Position numbers and translations under genes: made by a program. From NCBI GenBank assembly GCA_964396165.1, contig CAYNEF010000001.1, forward strand, positions 65,990-129,989: a stretch of DNA of 64,000 nucleotides, read 5' to 3'. Source of the stretch: an uncultured Pseudobdellovibrionaceae bacterium. Its GTDB lineage: Bacteria > Bdellovibrionota > FAC87 > UBA2466. The notes under the pieces were generated by a model. It had not been told where the DNA came from. It searched no databases and was given only the letters and a program-made list of their open reading frames with translations. Shown here one piece after another: positions 39,096 to 49,055 of the stretch; within the stretch, counting starts at the first letter, position 1; every line of letters begins with the position of its first letter.

Positions 39096-40214
39096 TTGGT
39101 GCGAGCTCTAATAATGCATTATAATCATTTGATGAAAAATTATAAAATTCAATTTTCTCTCGCCATCATTGGCTTACAGCATTTATTTTGTTCTGCTTGG
39201 CTATTTGCAGATAGCCCTTCCATTCCCTTCTTTGGAGAGAAATCACTTCTAGTGATTCGTATGGATTTTTCAGATAAACCTGGTTCTCCTGCGACCGAAG
39301 GTGAGATGGCCATACTGACGGGGAAAATCCGTCAGTTTTTTCAAGATAATTCTTACGGCAAAGCCACAGTCAAGCCGATTACTTTTCCGACTATCCGAAT
39401 GCCGCAGCCCTTGTCCTACTATGCGGAAAAAAATGCTAATGGTTCGTTCATCCATTATCAGGAAGTTCGGCGTGATGCCCTGGACGCTTCGCGTGCTGCT
39501 GGCTACCCGCCTGAGAATTATGATCGTCTATTATTCTTTACTCACGTCAGCACCGGACCTTTTGGTAATTTTGCAACCGGGAACAGCGCCTATATAAACG
39601 ACGTGCCGCAAAGTATAGGGGCTTTTATCCATGAGTTAGGACATGCTTTTTCTTTACCCCACGCCCACTTGTTTGGTTATACCGATACCTCGATGACTAA
39701 AGGCGTCCGTGACGAATATGGGAATCCCTTCGACATCATGGGGTTTGGAGGCACCGGCGATAAATTGGCTCACCATTTTAATATCTTTTTCAAATTTGGA
39801 CTTGGTTGGATCACGGATGACGATGTGATTACCGCAAGCGTTGATGGAACTTATCGCATCATGCAACAAGACGCAGCAACGGCCCATGGTCATCGAGCTA
39901 TTCGCATCTTGCTTCCCTCCTCTGCTCCGGCTGATTACTGGATTGAATTCCGTCAAGCCCTAACGGACCATCCATTCGCGATGAATGGAATAGAGATTTA
40001 TCGTGCTAGGGGGGACATGGGCAGCCAAGAACTCTTGCGAGTGATTCCTAACCCCGATCCCAAGGCGGATTGGTACAAGTCGCCATTGAGCATGAATACG
40101 ACTTTCACTGATTCCCAATATGGAATTAAAATCACCCCTTTGCACAAAGTAGGAACGGTTCCGGAAAGCGTAGATATCGCCATCCTCTTTAACTCCTTTT
40201 CGCACAACCACTAG
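39096..40214 (+). CDS. Secreted zinc metalloprotease, metzincin-like (HELGHAFSLPH)
   Basis: HExxHxxxxxH motif with Ser in the Gly position. Signal peptide if the start is MKNYK (39132). Confidence 0.55.
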   Translation: MVRALIMHYNHLMKNYKIQFSLAIIGLQHLFCSAWLFADSPSIPFFGEKSLLVIRMDFSDKPGSPATEGEMAILTGKIRQFFQDNSYGKATVKPITFPTIRMPQPLSYYAEKNANGSFIHYQEVRRDALDASRAAGYPPENYDRLLFFTHVSTGPFGNFATGNSAYINDVPQSIGAFIHELGHAFSLPHAHLFGYTDTSMTKGVRDEYGNPFDIMGFGGTGDKLAHHFNIFFKFGLGWITDDDVITASVDGTYRIMQQDAATAHGHRAIRILLPSSAPADYWIEFRQALTDHPFAMNGIEIYRARGDMGSQELLRVIPNPDPKADWYKSPLSMNTTFTDSQYGIKITPLHKVGTVPESVDIAILFNSFSHNH

Positions 40215-40221
40215 TTAACCG

Positions 40222-41202
40222 TTAGCGGAACTTCTGGCAGCTCACTTCGCCGCCTACCATGTAATACATTCCGGCTATTTGCTGTATAATTCTGTTTACA
40301 ACTACGGGACTATTTTTGTCTTTAGCCACGTTCATTCTTAGTGGGCCATCAAAATCGCTTTCAACCTCTACATCACGGGTAACGCCAATCCCGTGCTTGG
40401 GCATGGTTAAGTCTGGTTCTAAAAATCTCGTTAGACTGATAATGGGTTGCAATCCCGCCACTATTAATTGGTAGTAAATTTTTCCAGCCTCATTGTAGCG
40501 GTAATATGCAATTTCGTTATTAGACCGGCATAACTCTACATTTTGCGTAGGTAGCCCCTGCCCAATGGGAATCAATTGCGCATCTGAAAAAACGGAAGCT
40601 GTTACCTTACGTGTTCGGACAGCAGTCGACTCTCCCCCTTTATCGCGCAACAACCGATAAAAAGCCTCGTGAAAATAAAGTGCGGCCTTACTAACATTGT
40701 CCATTTTGCTAATAATGCGCATATTCTTATAAATTTTATTTGTTTTATCGTTCCAGGAAATGGCACCTTCTAGTGGACAGCCTTCCATCGTTAATTCGTG
40801 TTCCATATCGTTAGGCGGAGCGATACCAACTCCTATAGGCAGTGAGATTCCCTCATTTTGGATTTTTAAAAGCAGTGGACGTAAGGCTTGAGACAGGGGA
40901 CTGCCGAGTGCGCTAGTCACGAGCGGGTCAGAAGCTCGTTGAACTTTTGCAAGGGCATCTTCCAGTAATTGCGCCACTGTAGCTTTGCTTTGCATGGGGA
41001 CTAAGGAATAGAGGTTTTCTCCCTCGAATAAATCAAGAAGCTTTACTGACTGAACTCCGCCGTTTCCGTCGCGACAAACAAAGGCACCTCCACTATTGGA
41101 TTCATGACCGCCATCCAAAGCGGCGTCCGTGACACTGCCTAAAGAAACGGCGGACAATAGAAAGTTGAAAGAGAGAAAAAGTAGTTTTACGTTAATTTTC
41201 AT
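40222..41202 (-). CDS. Secreted hypothetical protein
   Basis: Signal peptide MKINVKLLFLSFNFLLSAVSLG at the internal Met. No motif recognised. Confidence 0.5.
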   Translation of the reverse strand: MKINVKLLFLSFNFLLSAVSLGSVTDAALDGGHESNSGGAFVCRDGNGGVQSVKLLDLFEGENLYSLVPMQSKATVAQLLEDALAKVQRASDPLVTSALGSPLSQALRPLLLKIQNEGISLPIGVGIAPPNDMEHELTMEGCPLEGAISWNDKTNKIYKNMRIISKMDNVSKAALYFHEAFYRLLRDKGGESTAVRTRKVTASVFSDAQLIPIGQGLPTQNVELCRSNNEIAYYRYNEAGKIYYQLIVAGLQPIISLTRFLEPDLTMPKHGIGVTRDVEVESDFDGPLRMNVAKDKNSPVVVNRIIQQIAGMYYMVGGEVSCQKFR

Positions 41203-41930
41203 TTTATTTCCTTCATTGCTGAGGTTTCCTTGCCCTAGAATTAAAGAGGGCGAGAGTAATGGCAAGGCGCTTTGGACACTAAGTGTGTTCCAAACAATAT
41301 CTTTTCAAAAATCTAACCAAAACAAAAAACACCAAATGCTTATTTTCATATTGGCAAAATTTTTGCACTGATTTTCGTGCTTTAACATTAAAAACCTTTT
41401 TTTCGAGGAAGCAGCATCTTATGAAACAGCAACTGGATAAGCTCTCCACAAGGAGGAAAACGTGTGTTTTGCTTTTTTCACATATCCTCTATTTACTTAA
41501 AAAAGTTTTAACGCTTACTTGGCAACTTACAATATTTATATTGGTTCTAGTCTGTTCTTTAGAAAATTTTCATTCGCCCGCGAAAAACAGAGCAGAACTA
41601 TCTGAGGGAAATGTTCCCTACATGCACAAAAGAGCTCACCAAATATGGCAATTAACGACATTTAACCAAAGATATAAGAAGGAGCAACCATAACAGCTAA
41701 ACTCATTATTGAAGAAATCCCGTCGTCCGCTAGAAAAGAAGAAATATACGAATTCTTCTCGGCATCGTATACAGACCGCGTCGCAGACCACAGCATTGCT
41801 AAGCACCAAATTGAACAAAAATCAGGCAAATCGAGTGTCGTATAAGAAAGTTTATGTTTAGGGCAGGTGTAGAATACCCCGTTAATAACTCTTATCCCTT
41901 AGACCGCTTGATGCCGTTAGCGGAGGGAAT

Positions 41931-42836
41931 TTATTTTCGGCCTCTTTTCATTTTGTCTACGTCTGATTTCCATCTCCAGACGTCGGCTCGTCCGGTGTTA
42001 TGGAAAATGATTAGGCAATTGTCAGAGAGAGGGGAGTTTTTCTCGAGTAGCCGCGCGGGCCAAGTGGCATCGTTCCTCAGTTCTTTAAATGCAGCCTTTA
42101 GTGTCTTAAAATATTTTGCTTCCAACTTTCTTTCATACGCAATTCCCCGATTTAATTCTTTCTTAGAAATATTTTCTGGGGCATCATTGTCCATGAAAAA
42201 AGTTTCGGCTGAATGTTCCGCGATTTCATCTGTTAGGGATTCGGGAGGCCTGAACCCAAAGCGTGTCCAATCATTCAGTCCCCAAGCCTTACTGTCTGGC
42301 CAGTAAGACATTTGTTTGCCGCCTAAGTCTCCATTTGCAAGATAGGCGTATTTTTTTACATCTCTAAACAAGGCGTCTTCCATTTCTTGACGTTGTTGCT
42401 TGGGAATGGACATGTCGTAAATGAAAGACTGATAGGATATTGCGTTGGGTGGAATCCGATCCACCAGCGCATAGGTAAAAGGCAGGTGCTTATGTACCTT
42501 TGTGTGAAGTACACCCTCCCTTTCTAAAATAGGGGCGCTTTCTACCATCAGATTCAGAAAGAATGTTGGGTTAAGCTCCCTATATGCCGGCTTTGGAATC
42601 CTAAGAACTTTACCCGGGAATTCTTTCACGGAATAAACCCGTGTCGTATTTCCACTGCCGAGAAACTCATCGATAGTAAAAGTACTATTGTCTGAAAATT
42701 TTAGGACTGTTCCTTTGCTTAATTCGAATTGCGAAATATTTCTTGGGCTCTTGACGAAGATGACCTCTGGCTCGAGTTCTTGCTCGGCTCCAAGAAAGGC
42801 ACAAAAAAGAAGTACGAAAAGGTACAAGTGTCGCAT
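41931..42836 (-). CDS. Secreted protein with protein-kinase-like motifs (atypical kinase fold?)
   Basis: Signal peptide. Gly-rich LGSGNTTRVYSV, KVLRIPK, NGDLGGKQ (HGDL-like), LNDWTRFGF (DFG/IDxE-like). Confidence 0.4.
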   Translation of the reverse strand: MRHLYLFVLLFCAFLGAEQELEPEVIFVKSPRNISQFELSKGTVLKFSDNSTFTIDEFLGSGNTTRVYSVKEFPGKVLRIPKPAYRELNPTFFLNLMVESAPILEREGVLHTKVHKHLPFTYALVDRIPPNAISYQSFIYDMSIPKQQRQEMEDALFRDVKKYAYLANGDLGGKQMSYWPDSKAWGLNDWTRFGFRPPESLTDEIAEHSAETFFMDNDAPENISKKELNRGIAYERKLEAKYFKTLKAAFKELRNDATWPARLLEKNSPLSDNCLIIFHNTGRADVWRWKSDVDKMKRGRK

Positions 42837-43540
42837 GATACTTTTTCGGAATATCTGTAGTTAAAGGTAAGAACTATATACTGGGAGCGTTAGCCAATTG
42901 TGGTTAAAAATGCACAATCTCACTGGAATGGGGATCTCCTTATGCAAAGGACGAGATTGCTTCGTCGGCTGACGCCTCCTCGTAAGGATAAGAAATTTAA
43001 TCTACCAAAGGAAAGAAAAAAGGCCTGTAGTCTGTTAAGACTGCAGGCCTCTTCGGTGCTAGGGAACCCCGTTTTATCTTTAGGAACCATTTACCTGTAA
43101 CAATACGCATCTGATACGCGAGTCTTTTACGCGGCATTAGAAAGTAGAATATGAATTTCGGAACAGGTAAGCACCAAAGTAGAATAAATTGTAAAAATCT
43201 GCTAATTAATTTTGCGAAGTTGACCGTAAAAAATTGCAGTCATGCCCAATGACCGTTTTCGACAGGCGCCGGGGTCAAAACAGAATTACGCTTCTGAAAA
43301 TATAAGAACGGCCTCTCGAAAAACGAAAGCCAGAAGATTCGATCGGAACGCGACTTCGAACTGATTGGGGCAGTTACCATAAGAAACACACGAAAGTTTA
43401 AAAGTCTTTCCTTATGAGAGAGCAAAGTAGTGATAGTTTCCAAGCACTGAATTCGTACAGGTAAATGATCAATATCCTTCCCCTAAGTTGCCTGAAGATC
43501 CGCTAAGGGGTAAGACTATTATCTTGAGGTAAATACCCTG

Positions 43541-44992
43541 ATGGGAAGTACTGTATCTGATAAAAACTACGGTTTTCAATTTGAGAATAGCTATGTGCGA
43601 CTACCAGGCGAATTTTATTCTCATGAAAACCCTATAGCCGTAAGCGCCCCCAGTACCATTGTCTTTAATAATACTCTCGCCAAAGAGTTAGACTTGGATA
43701 TGGAATCTTTGCAAAAAGATTGCGCTTCTGTTTTCTCAGGCAACAAAAAGATACCGGGCACTGAAACTATAGCTCAGGCATATGCGGGGCACCAATACGG
43801 ACATCTCACCATGCTCGGAGATGGACGCGCCATTTTACTAGGCGAACATTTAACTAAAAAAGGGCAACGCTATGATTTGCAATTAAAAGGAAGCGGGCAA
43901 ACTGTTTACTCTCGTCGTGGGGATGGGAGAGCAGCCCTTGGTCCTATGTTGCGTGAATATATTGTAAGCGAAGCCATGCACGCATTAGGCATCCCCTCCA
44001 CTCGAAGCCTTGCCGTAGTATCGACAGGGGAAACAGTATACCGAGATGAAATGCTTGCAGGCGCTGTGCTTGCAAGAGTGGCGTCTAGTCATATTCGCGT
44101 CGGCACTTTTGAGTACGCCTATCACTACGGAATGGCATACCAAAAACCACAACTCGTGAAACTTCTCGCAGATTATACAATTGCACGCCACTACCCTGAC
44201 TCTAAAGAGCAACAAAACCCTTATTTGTCTTTTCTAAAAGAAGTCTCTACTCGACAAGCTCTTCTCATCGCAAAATGGATGAGTTTTGGTTTCATTCATG
44301 GAGTGATGAATACGGACAATATGGCGGTTAGTGGTGAGACAATTGATTATGGCCCTTGCGCATTTATGGATGCTTACTCCAGCGATAAAGTTTTTAGTTC
44401 TATCGATAGTGGCGGCCGTTACTCTTACCAAAACCAGCCTGTGATAGCTCAATGGAATATCGCGCGCTTGGCAGAATGTCTTTTACCTCTACTCGATGAC
44501 GACAAGACAAAGGCCACAGAAAAAGCAAACGAAGTCTTAACTTATTTTATGCAACAATACCATTCGCAGTGGTTGCGAGTGATGAGAAATAAACTTGGAA
44601 TTTACAATGAAGAAGAAGCGGATTTTAAACTCATTGATTCACTCTTAAAGAAAATGCAAGAATCGCACGCTGACTTCACAAATACATTTCGCACAATTCA
44701 CTTGATATCTAATCAGACTGAATGGCATTTAGAGTGGAAGGCGCGTTTAAGTAGGCAAAAAGAAAGTGAAAGCCAGGTACAGTCTTTGATGCACAAGAGT
44801 AACCCTTATGTAATTCCTAGAAATCACCGGATAGAAGAAGTGATTCGTTCAGCATACCAAAATAATTTTGCTCCGCTTTATAAAATGATCGAAGCGATGC
44901 GTGTACCTTTTGAAGAAAATACGCAATTTGAAGAATATACAAAGCCACCTACTGACGATGAGCTTGTCACGATGACCTTTTGTGGTACGTGA
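43541..44992 (+). CDS. selO: Protein adenylyltransferase SelO (YdiU/UPF0061)
   Basis: GHQYGHLTMLGDGRAILLGE, QLKGSGQT.YSRRGDGRA, MNTDNMAVSGETIDYGPCAFMD. Confidence 0.9.
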   Translation: MGSTVSDKNYGFQFENSYVRLPGEFYSHENPIAVSAPSTIVFNNTLAKELDLDMESLQKDCASVFSGNKKIPGTETIAQAYAGHQYGHLTMLGDGRAILLGEHLTKKGQRYDLQLKGSGQTVYSRRGDGRAALGPMLREYIVSEAMHALGIPSTRSLAVVSTGETVYRDEMLAGAVLARVASSHIRVGTFEYAYHYGMAYQKPQLVKLLADYTIARHYPDSKEQQNPYLSFLKEVSTRQALLIAKWMSFGFIHGVMNTDNMAVSGETIDYGPCAFMDAYSSDKVFSSIDSGGRYSYQNQPVIAQWNIARLAECLLPLLDDDKTKATEKANEVLTYFMQQYHSQWLRVMRNKLGIYNEEEADFKLIDSLLKKMQESHADFTNTFRTIHLISNQTEWHLEWKARLSRQKESESQVQSLMHKSNPYVIPRNHRIEEVIRSAYQNNFAPLYKMIEAMRVPFEENTQFEEYTKPPTDDELVTMTFCGT

Positions 44993-44998
44993 CAGTTC

Positions 44999-45559
44999 TT
45001 ACGTGTTTTTTTTACGGTAGCGGCGCACTAAATTTGGCACAACCATCATGAGTACCAAGATGATGATCGTCGTCCAGGTACCATCCCCTAAAATATTATT
45101 GAGCCAAAGTGTAGAAGCCATAATGAGGCAAAAATAAATCATGTCTCCCGCGATGGCGAACATCCATCCGATGAGAAAACCATGTCCAGCGGCTGCAGCA
45201 ACAGCCCGGCCTGTCATCGGATCCACTCCAAAGGCAACAGTGATAAGGGCGAGCGGCCCCAAGTGTGTTCCATAATGGGCAGTTGTTTTTTTCATTGTTT
45301 CTTTAAAAGCCTCACTGAAGCGTGCTACTTTTGAGGAACGCTTTGCTAACATAATCACAAGCAGAACAACCGGCTCGAGCACACAGGCAAGTATGATATC
45401 GGAAATAAAATATAAAATGACTGTGATGGGCCATTGAATGCTGCGGCTTCGCGCAAGAAGAACTCCTGCAGGAATCCCGCCTCCAATCGGTATCAGAAAA
45501 ACAGCTAAGACTCCCCACATGTTAGAAAGCGCATGCAAAAAACTGTTTTCATTACCCAT
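44999..45559 (-). CDS. Small integral membrane protein (possibly small multidrug-export-like, COG2426)
   Basis: About 5 TM helices. GGIPAG-type motif. Confidence 0.4.
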   Translation of the reverse strand: MGNENSFLHALSNMWGVLAVFLIPIGGGIPAGVLLARSRSIQWPITVILYFISDIILACVLEPVVLLVIMLAKRSSKVARFSEAFKETMKKTTAHYGTHLGPLALITVAFGVDPMTGRAVAAAAGHGFLIGWMFAIAGDMIYFCLIMASTLWLNNILGDGTWTTIIILVLMMVVPNLVRRYRKKNT

Positions 45560-45719
45560 TACGGCTAATTATCGAGTGGAAAGGCTAAATAACGCAAGAT
45601 CAAATAGGATAAATATAACGTAATAAGTGACAAATAATCCCTTTCACCTCGATTGTGTATGACTCTCAAGCTTAGGCATCAAGATTGCTATACAGCAGGA
45701 CTATTAGAAGGAGGCATAT

Positions 45720-47405
45720 ATGCCGAAAACATTCGTTACATTTGTTCTATTAACTGCATCTTTATTTTCCTTTGGAGCCACACGAACTCTAAACACCCAA
45801 TTATCCGAAAAAGAGAAAGCGGAGCTAACTGCTCGGCTAAATGCTTTTCATCAGAAAACAAAGGTGCAAAACCCAATGGATATGAGAATTGGCAAAATGG
45901 ACGTTCTTTCAGAAGAATGGACCGAGCCCAATCCGCTCTTAAAACAAACCATGCCTCATACTGATCCGCTGTTACAATCCGCCGGAAAAAAATTGATGCC
46001 TCAGTTTCTAAAATCCCGCTGTGAACAAATATTTAAAAAGAAGTATCCATTTCTTGAGTGCCAAACCAAAGAAGCATGGAACTTTGTGGCTACAGATGAA
46101 ACAGAATCAGAAAATTCTTTTGAAGGCCTTTTAAAAACCTGGATGCCAACAGAAGCCATCGTTCGTAATTTAACCCAGATACCCGTACAAGCAGAAATTG
46201 CCCAGACAGTATGGTCTGGTGATTATTGGAGAATGCGTTGGGGGCTAACCTCTTACCGTTATTCAGATCCTAGATCTTTTGCCACATATAGTGAAGCAGT
46301 AGACTCGTATCATCAACCAGGAGAGTGGCTATCTGCAACAGCAAGTCATACAACTGCAGAGTTAAGCAACATCGCCGTAAAGTGGTCTCCTGCAGAAAAA
46401 TATGACTTGTTAGCCGGAGACGAAAATATGACTTTGACTCAACAACAAAAACAAGAAGGTTCTTATAATCTTGGAGAAGATGGAAATGTGGAATCCTGGT
46501 TTGGCATCTGTCATGGTTGGGCTCCAGCATCTTTTATGGTTCCTTCGCCAAATTTTCCGGTTCACGCCATCAGTGCAAGAGGAGCTGACGTAGTTTGGTA
46601 TCCAGACGATGTAAGAGCAATGGCCACTCTTGCTTGGGCGAATGGAAATTTTCAAACCAATTTTATCGGCGGCAGATGTAATCAGAAACAACCTGAGCGC
46701 TACCCTAACGGACGACTGTCCCAACCAGAGTGTTTCGACAACAATCCGGTCAGTTTTCACTTAGCACTTGGCAATATGATTGGGATTCAAAAAACTCCTG
46801 TCATTATGGACGCCGCATTCGACTATCAAGTGTGGAACCAACCGATTCTTGCCTATGAATTTGAATACTATAACCCTCTTGATTTGCAACAAAAGGGAAA
46901 AGATTGGCAGAAATATGTTGTAACTTACAACGAAGCATTTAAATCAAATGACCGTTTTCAACAGCCTTTGACTCGTGGAAAAAAACAAAGCAACGGAAAA
47001 TATGATGATTCACGCATCACAGGTGTAGTCGGCGTAACTGCTACGGTAATTTACCTGGCGGAAACGACTGCAACACACACTACAACACCTTCGCGTAATA
47101 ACACTGTTCGTGTGACCTACACCTATGACCTCGAATTTGAGTCGCAGAATGGAACGCTCATTCCTACAGGTGGAGAATGGCATGAAAACCGTCATCCGGA
47201 TTTTCTTTGGGTTCCAGAAAAAGGAAGCATAGCTAAATTAAATTACGATGCTACTGCGCTCAATGTAGATCTTTTGCGTAAACCTGAACCACTAACTACT
47301 ACAACTGCAACTCAAGCAAGCAGTTCAGGGTACCCACTCTGTCAGGTATTGGAAAAGGTAGTACGCAGTGCGAATCCACAGGGCAGTTATCAATGCACTC
47401 ATTGA
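45720..47405 (+). CDS. Secreted hypothetical protein with a Cys/His segment (FGICHGWAPASF), possible papain-like fold
   Basis: Signal peptide. No firm family assignment. Confidence 0.5.
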   Translation: MPKTFVTFVLLTASLFSFGATRTLNTQLSEKEKAELTARLNAFHQKTKVQNPMDMRIGKMDVLSEEWTEPNPLLKQTMPHTDPLLQSAGKKLMPQFLKSRCEQIFKKKYPFLECQTKEAWNFVATDETESENSFEGLLKTWMPTEAIVRNLTQIPVQAEIAQTVWSGDYWRMRWGLTSYRYSDPRSFATYSEAVDSYHQPGEWLSATASHTTAELSNIAVKWSPAEKYDLLAGDENMTLTQQQKQEGSYNLGEDGNVESWFGICHGWAPASFMVPSPNFPVHAISARGADVVWYPDDVRAMATLAWANGNFQTNFIGGRCNQKQPERYPNGRLSQPECFDNNPVSFHLALGNMIGIQKTPVIMDAAFDYQVWNQPILAYEFEYYNPLDLQQKGKDWQKYVVTYNEAFKSNDRFQQPLTRGKKQSNGKYDDSRITGVVGVTATVIYLAETTATHTTTPSRNNTVRVTYTYDLEFESQNGTLIPTGGEWHENRHPDFLWVPEKGSIAKLNYDATALNVDLLRKPEPLTTTTATQASSSGYPLCQVLEKVVRSANPQGSYQCTH

Positions 47406-47422
47406 AAATTGATTAGTTTATT

Positions 47423-47463
47423 AAAAAAACTCCCGGAGTCTTTCGGCACCGGGAGTTTTTTTA
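47423..47463. terminator. Bidirectional rho-independent terminator
   Basis: aaaaaaa-CTCCCGG-agtctttcggcac-CCGGGAG-ttttttt lies between the convergent genes. Confidence 0.6.
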
Positions 47464-47838
47464 TCTCTCGATTAATTCTACTTTATACCCATCCGGATCT
47501 TCCACAAAAGCGATTACCGATGTTCCATGTTTCATCGGTCCAGGTTGGCGAGTGACTTTTCCCCCGGCTTCCACCAGTTTTTTACACGCGCCATAAATAT
47601 CTTTCACACCGAAGGCCATATGACCGTAGGCATTTCCTAATTCGTATTTGGAAGTTTCCCAATTGTGTGTCAACTCCAAGAAGGGTTCGCTATCTCCCCC
47701 TGCGCCTAAAAACACCAAAGTAAACTTCCCCTCGGGATATTCCTTTCGGTTGTGCAATTTTAATCCAAGCACTTCCGTATAGAAGTGTATCGATTTTTCC
47801 AAATCCACTACCCGAATCATTGTGTGTAAATAGCGCAT
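47461..47838 (-). CDS. gloA: Glyoxalase I (lactoylglutathione lyase)
   Basis: HTMIRVVDLEKSI.FYT.VLGM...ELTHNW...YGHMAFGV...DPDGYKVELIE. Confidence 0.85.
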   Translation of the reverse strand: MRYLHTMIRVVDLEKSIHFYTEVLGLKLHNRKEYPEGKFTLVFLGAGGDSEPFLELTHNWETSKYELGNAYGHMAFGVKDIYGACKKLVEAGGKVTRQPGPMKHGTSVIAFVEDPDGYKVELIER

Positions 47839-47966
47839 GCTTTACTCCTTAAACTGTTTGCCTGAGTGAAACACAAAATTGACAGGCACTCAACTCTTTG
47901 GGAAGAAAAGCTAAAAAAAGAATTAAACCGCCGATTACCTCCCTGGTTTCCTAGATAAGCAGTCCT

Positions 47967-48956
47967 TTAAATTTTTGCAAAAGCGTTAAGGCACGAAGGT
48001 GATACTTTCGTTACCTGTGCTTTACGTGTAACTGGTATATCAGAAAGTAATTCTTTACCGCGAAGAGATAAGGGACTGTCCATCAGTTCCATTTTAAAAA
48101 GACGATCCCCGTTCACAGTCATATAGTTTCCTTCTGAATCACGACGCCATTGCATCTTTTCCAAGCTTTCGCTAACAGGAGTACCGGTCACTTTTTCTCG
48201 GCGTGTAACTTCTTCCACTAATCCCGCAAGATAAAACATTCTATCGCGAAGGCGGCTAAATCTCGTTTCAGATATGCGTGCAAGAGCCGGCAAATTCTTT
48301 TCAGTCGCCGCATCCAATGTTTCCTGATTTGACTCTAAAAACTTTACCTGTTTGCCAGAGGCACTTACCGCCCATTTGTAAGGAATGTAAATCACATGCC
48401 CTTCTCTTTCTGTAGGCGCAGTATTGGTCATGATATCTTCGACCAAGTAGGCATCTTCGGCTTCGGCCCCCAATACTTTTGCGAGACTTTTTACAATTTT
48501 TGGTCTCTGTGATTTGGGAAGTGAAGTATCAATTTCTGTGCGAGTGTCATTCGGATCCAGGTTTAATCCATCTTTATTGGAAAATACTTTGCCGCCTGCT
48601 TTTTCTACTGCGCTTAAAACGCTTTCGCCGTTAGGCATACATATTTGAGAAAGCGCACTGCGGTTACGAGTTTCATTTCCAAAACTAAAAAAATGCACTT
48701 TCCATCCATTTTGAATCAGCCATTGCACAAGCTCTGGAAATCCATCGGAGACTCTGTACCGATTGACTCTCGCGGCAGTATCCCCACCGCTTTGCAAATC
48801 TGTTTTTACTTCAATTGTTTTTTCAAGATTGCTTTCATTATTCGCATGAAACAGAACTACACCGTCTAAATCAAACACGATAGATTTTTGGCCAGCTCTG
48901 GATTTGGGTAAAAAGAGTACGGAGAGAAGAACTATTATTTTTAGTGTGTGTTTCAT
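47967..48956 (-). CDS. Secreted HAD-superfamily-like phosphatase
   Basis: Signal peptide. Motif I IVFDLDGVVL. Confidence 0.4.
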   Translation of the reverse strand: MKHTLKIIVLLSVLFLPKSRAGQKSIVFDLDGVVLFHANNESNLEKTIEVKTDLQSGGDTAARVNRYRVSDGFPELVQWLIQNGWKVHFFSFGNETRNRSALSQICMPNGESVLSAVEKAGGKVFSNKDGLNLDPNDTRTEIDTSLPKSQRPKIVKSLAKVLGAEAEDAYLVEDIMTNTAPTEREGHVIYIPYKWAVSASGKQVKFLESNQETLDAATEKNLPALARISETRFSRLRDRMFYLAGLVEEVTRREKVTGTPVSESLEKMQWRRDSEGNYMTVNGDRLFKMELMDSPLSLRGKELLSDIPVTRKAQVTKVSPSCLNAFAKI

Positions 48957-49055
48957 AACTACCTCACTTGAAGAAGCGACGCAGTCAGAAGAAAAGGCTC
49001 ATTTGGGTAATTAAAAAAACGTACTCTGAAGGAATACAAATGAGAATAACTAGGG

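Noticed and set aside
41283-41693. 136-aa ORF in the AT-rich gap between two secreted-protein genes
   Set aside because: Lys/Leu/Phe-rich translation typical of AT-rich non-coding DNA. No signal or motif.
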